A program made the position numbers and the translations under genes. Positions 4,901 to 5,344 of a DNA stretch of 5,344 bases are shown one piece after another. The notes beneath the pieces were generated by a model that worked only from the letters and a program-made list of their open reading frames with translations, was not told the origin of the DNA and did not search any database. The stretch covers positions 1 to 5,344 of the IMG/VR virus record IMGVR_UViG_2541047812_000002. One strand, written 5' to 3'. Position 1 is the stretch's first letter; each line of letters starts with the position of its first letter. The DNA is from a virus. Taxonomy: Duplodnaviria > Heunggongvirae > Uroviricota > Caudoviricetes.

Positions 4901-4962
4901 GAGAAGGTGACGGCCTCCAGCGCCAACTGTTGGCCGTCGCGACACAACAAGGGGAATTTGTT

Positions 4963-5112
4963 ATGTCCGAGCAACAATATACACGGTTACTGAAAACTCG
5001 TCTAACCGACCTCAAACGGCTGCAAGCTGGTTGCTTATTTGCCCTGCTATCTACCAGGCCAGAATGGGTACGTGAAGCAGTTCTGAAAGGTTTAATGCGC
5101 TCCAGCGTTTAA
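4963..5112 (+). CDS. Hypothetical small protein (49 aa from the ATG at 4963; the track ORF starts at 4930)
   Basis: AAGGGGA Shine-Dalgarno 7 nt upstream of the ATG at 4963. Stop codon TAA (5110-5112) lies 9 bp before the IS terminal repeat. No motif recognised. Confidence 0.3.
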   Translation: MSEQQYTRLLKTRLTDLKRLQAGCLFALLSTRPEWVREAVLKGLMRSSV

Positions 5113-5120
5113 ATTCAACC

Positions 5121-5344
5121 GGCTTTGTTGAATAAATCGAACTTTTGCTGAGTTGAAGGATCAGATCACGCATCCTCCCGACAACACAGACCATTCCGTG
5201 GCAAAGCAAAAGTTCAGAATCACCAACTGGTCCACCTACAACAAAGCTCTCATCAACCGTGGCTCCCTCACTTTCTGGCTGGATGATGAAGCGATTCAGG
5301 CCTGGTATGAGTCGGCAACGCCTTCATCACGAGGAAGGCCCCAG
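5121..5344 (+). mobile_element. IS903-group insertion sequence (IS5 family), left end; partial, continues past the window
   Basis: 5121-5138 GGCTTTGTTGAATAAATC matches the 18-bp terminal inverted repeat of IS903 as I recall it. The following 200 bp match the known IS903 left end with a few substitutions. Confidence 0.85.
5198..5344 (+). CDS. tnp: IS903-family (IS5 family) transposase, N-terminal 49 codons (partial; GTG start; runs off the window)
   Basis: Translation from GTG 5198: VAKQKFRITNWSTYNKALINRGSLTFWLDDEAIQAWYESATPSSRGRPQ, near-identical to the IS903 transposase N-terminus as I remember it (MAKQKFKITNWSTYNKALINRGSLTFWLDDEAIQAWYESATPSSRGRPQ). Absent from the ORF track because it lacks an ATG and is truncated by the window edge. 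Confidence 0.8.
   Translation, partial: MAKQKFRITNWSTYNKALINRGSLTFWLDDEAIQAWYESATPSSRGRPQ

Noticed and set aside
4909-4938. Inverted repeat GACGGCC ... GGCCGTC after the ParG-like gene as a terminator
   Set aside because: The loop is 16 nt and there is no T-run after it. It may be an RNA structure but is not a convincing intrinsic terminator.

Overview
This window looks like a junction between two modules, probably on a plasmid or phage-plasmid-like element, and it ends in an insertion sequence. (1) Positions 157-3804 carry a lambdoid-style immunity and early-regulatory module. A CI-like repressor gene (2681-3337, +) diverges from a six-gene, translationally coupled minus-strand operon (2507 down to 157). 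That operon starts with a Cro/CII-like HTH protein, continues with three uncharacterised genes and a DUF1064-type protein, and ends with a short Q-like antiterminator candidate. The divergent intergenic region has three copies of an ACCAC-N5-GTGGT palindrome placed over a good sigma70 promoter, and a fourth copy lies just downstream of the repressor gene, ahead of a 124-aa gene of unknown function. No replication-initiation genes sit between the cro-like and Q-like genes. (2) Positions 3828-4900 carry a type Ib partition module: a small Walker-type ParA/ParF-like ATPase and an 82-aa ParG-like ribbon-helix-helix protein. It is bracketed and interrupted by clusters of 8-bp tandem AT-rich iterons, and a fourth related cluster lies about 3.7 kb away beyond the Q-like gene. 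(3) From 5121 to the window end is the left terminus of an IS903-group (IS5 family) element with the first 49 codons of its transposase. All protein-family calls come from reading the translations and recalled family motifs; no database search was run. The most interesting aspects are the phage-switch-plus-partition architecture, the dispersed iteron clusters, the apparently non-cleavable repressor and the unannotatable genes inside the early operon.
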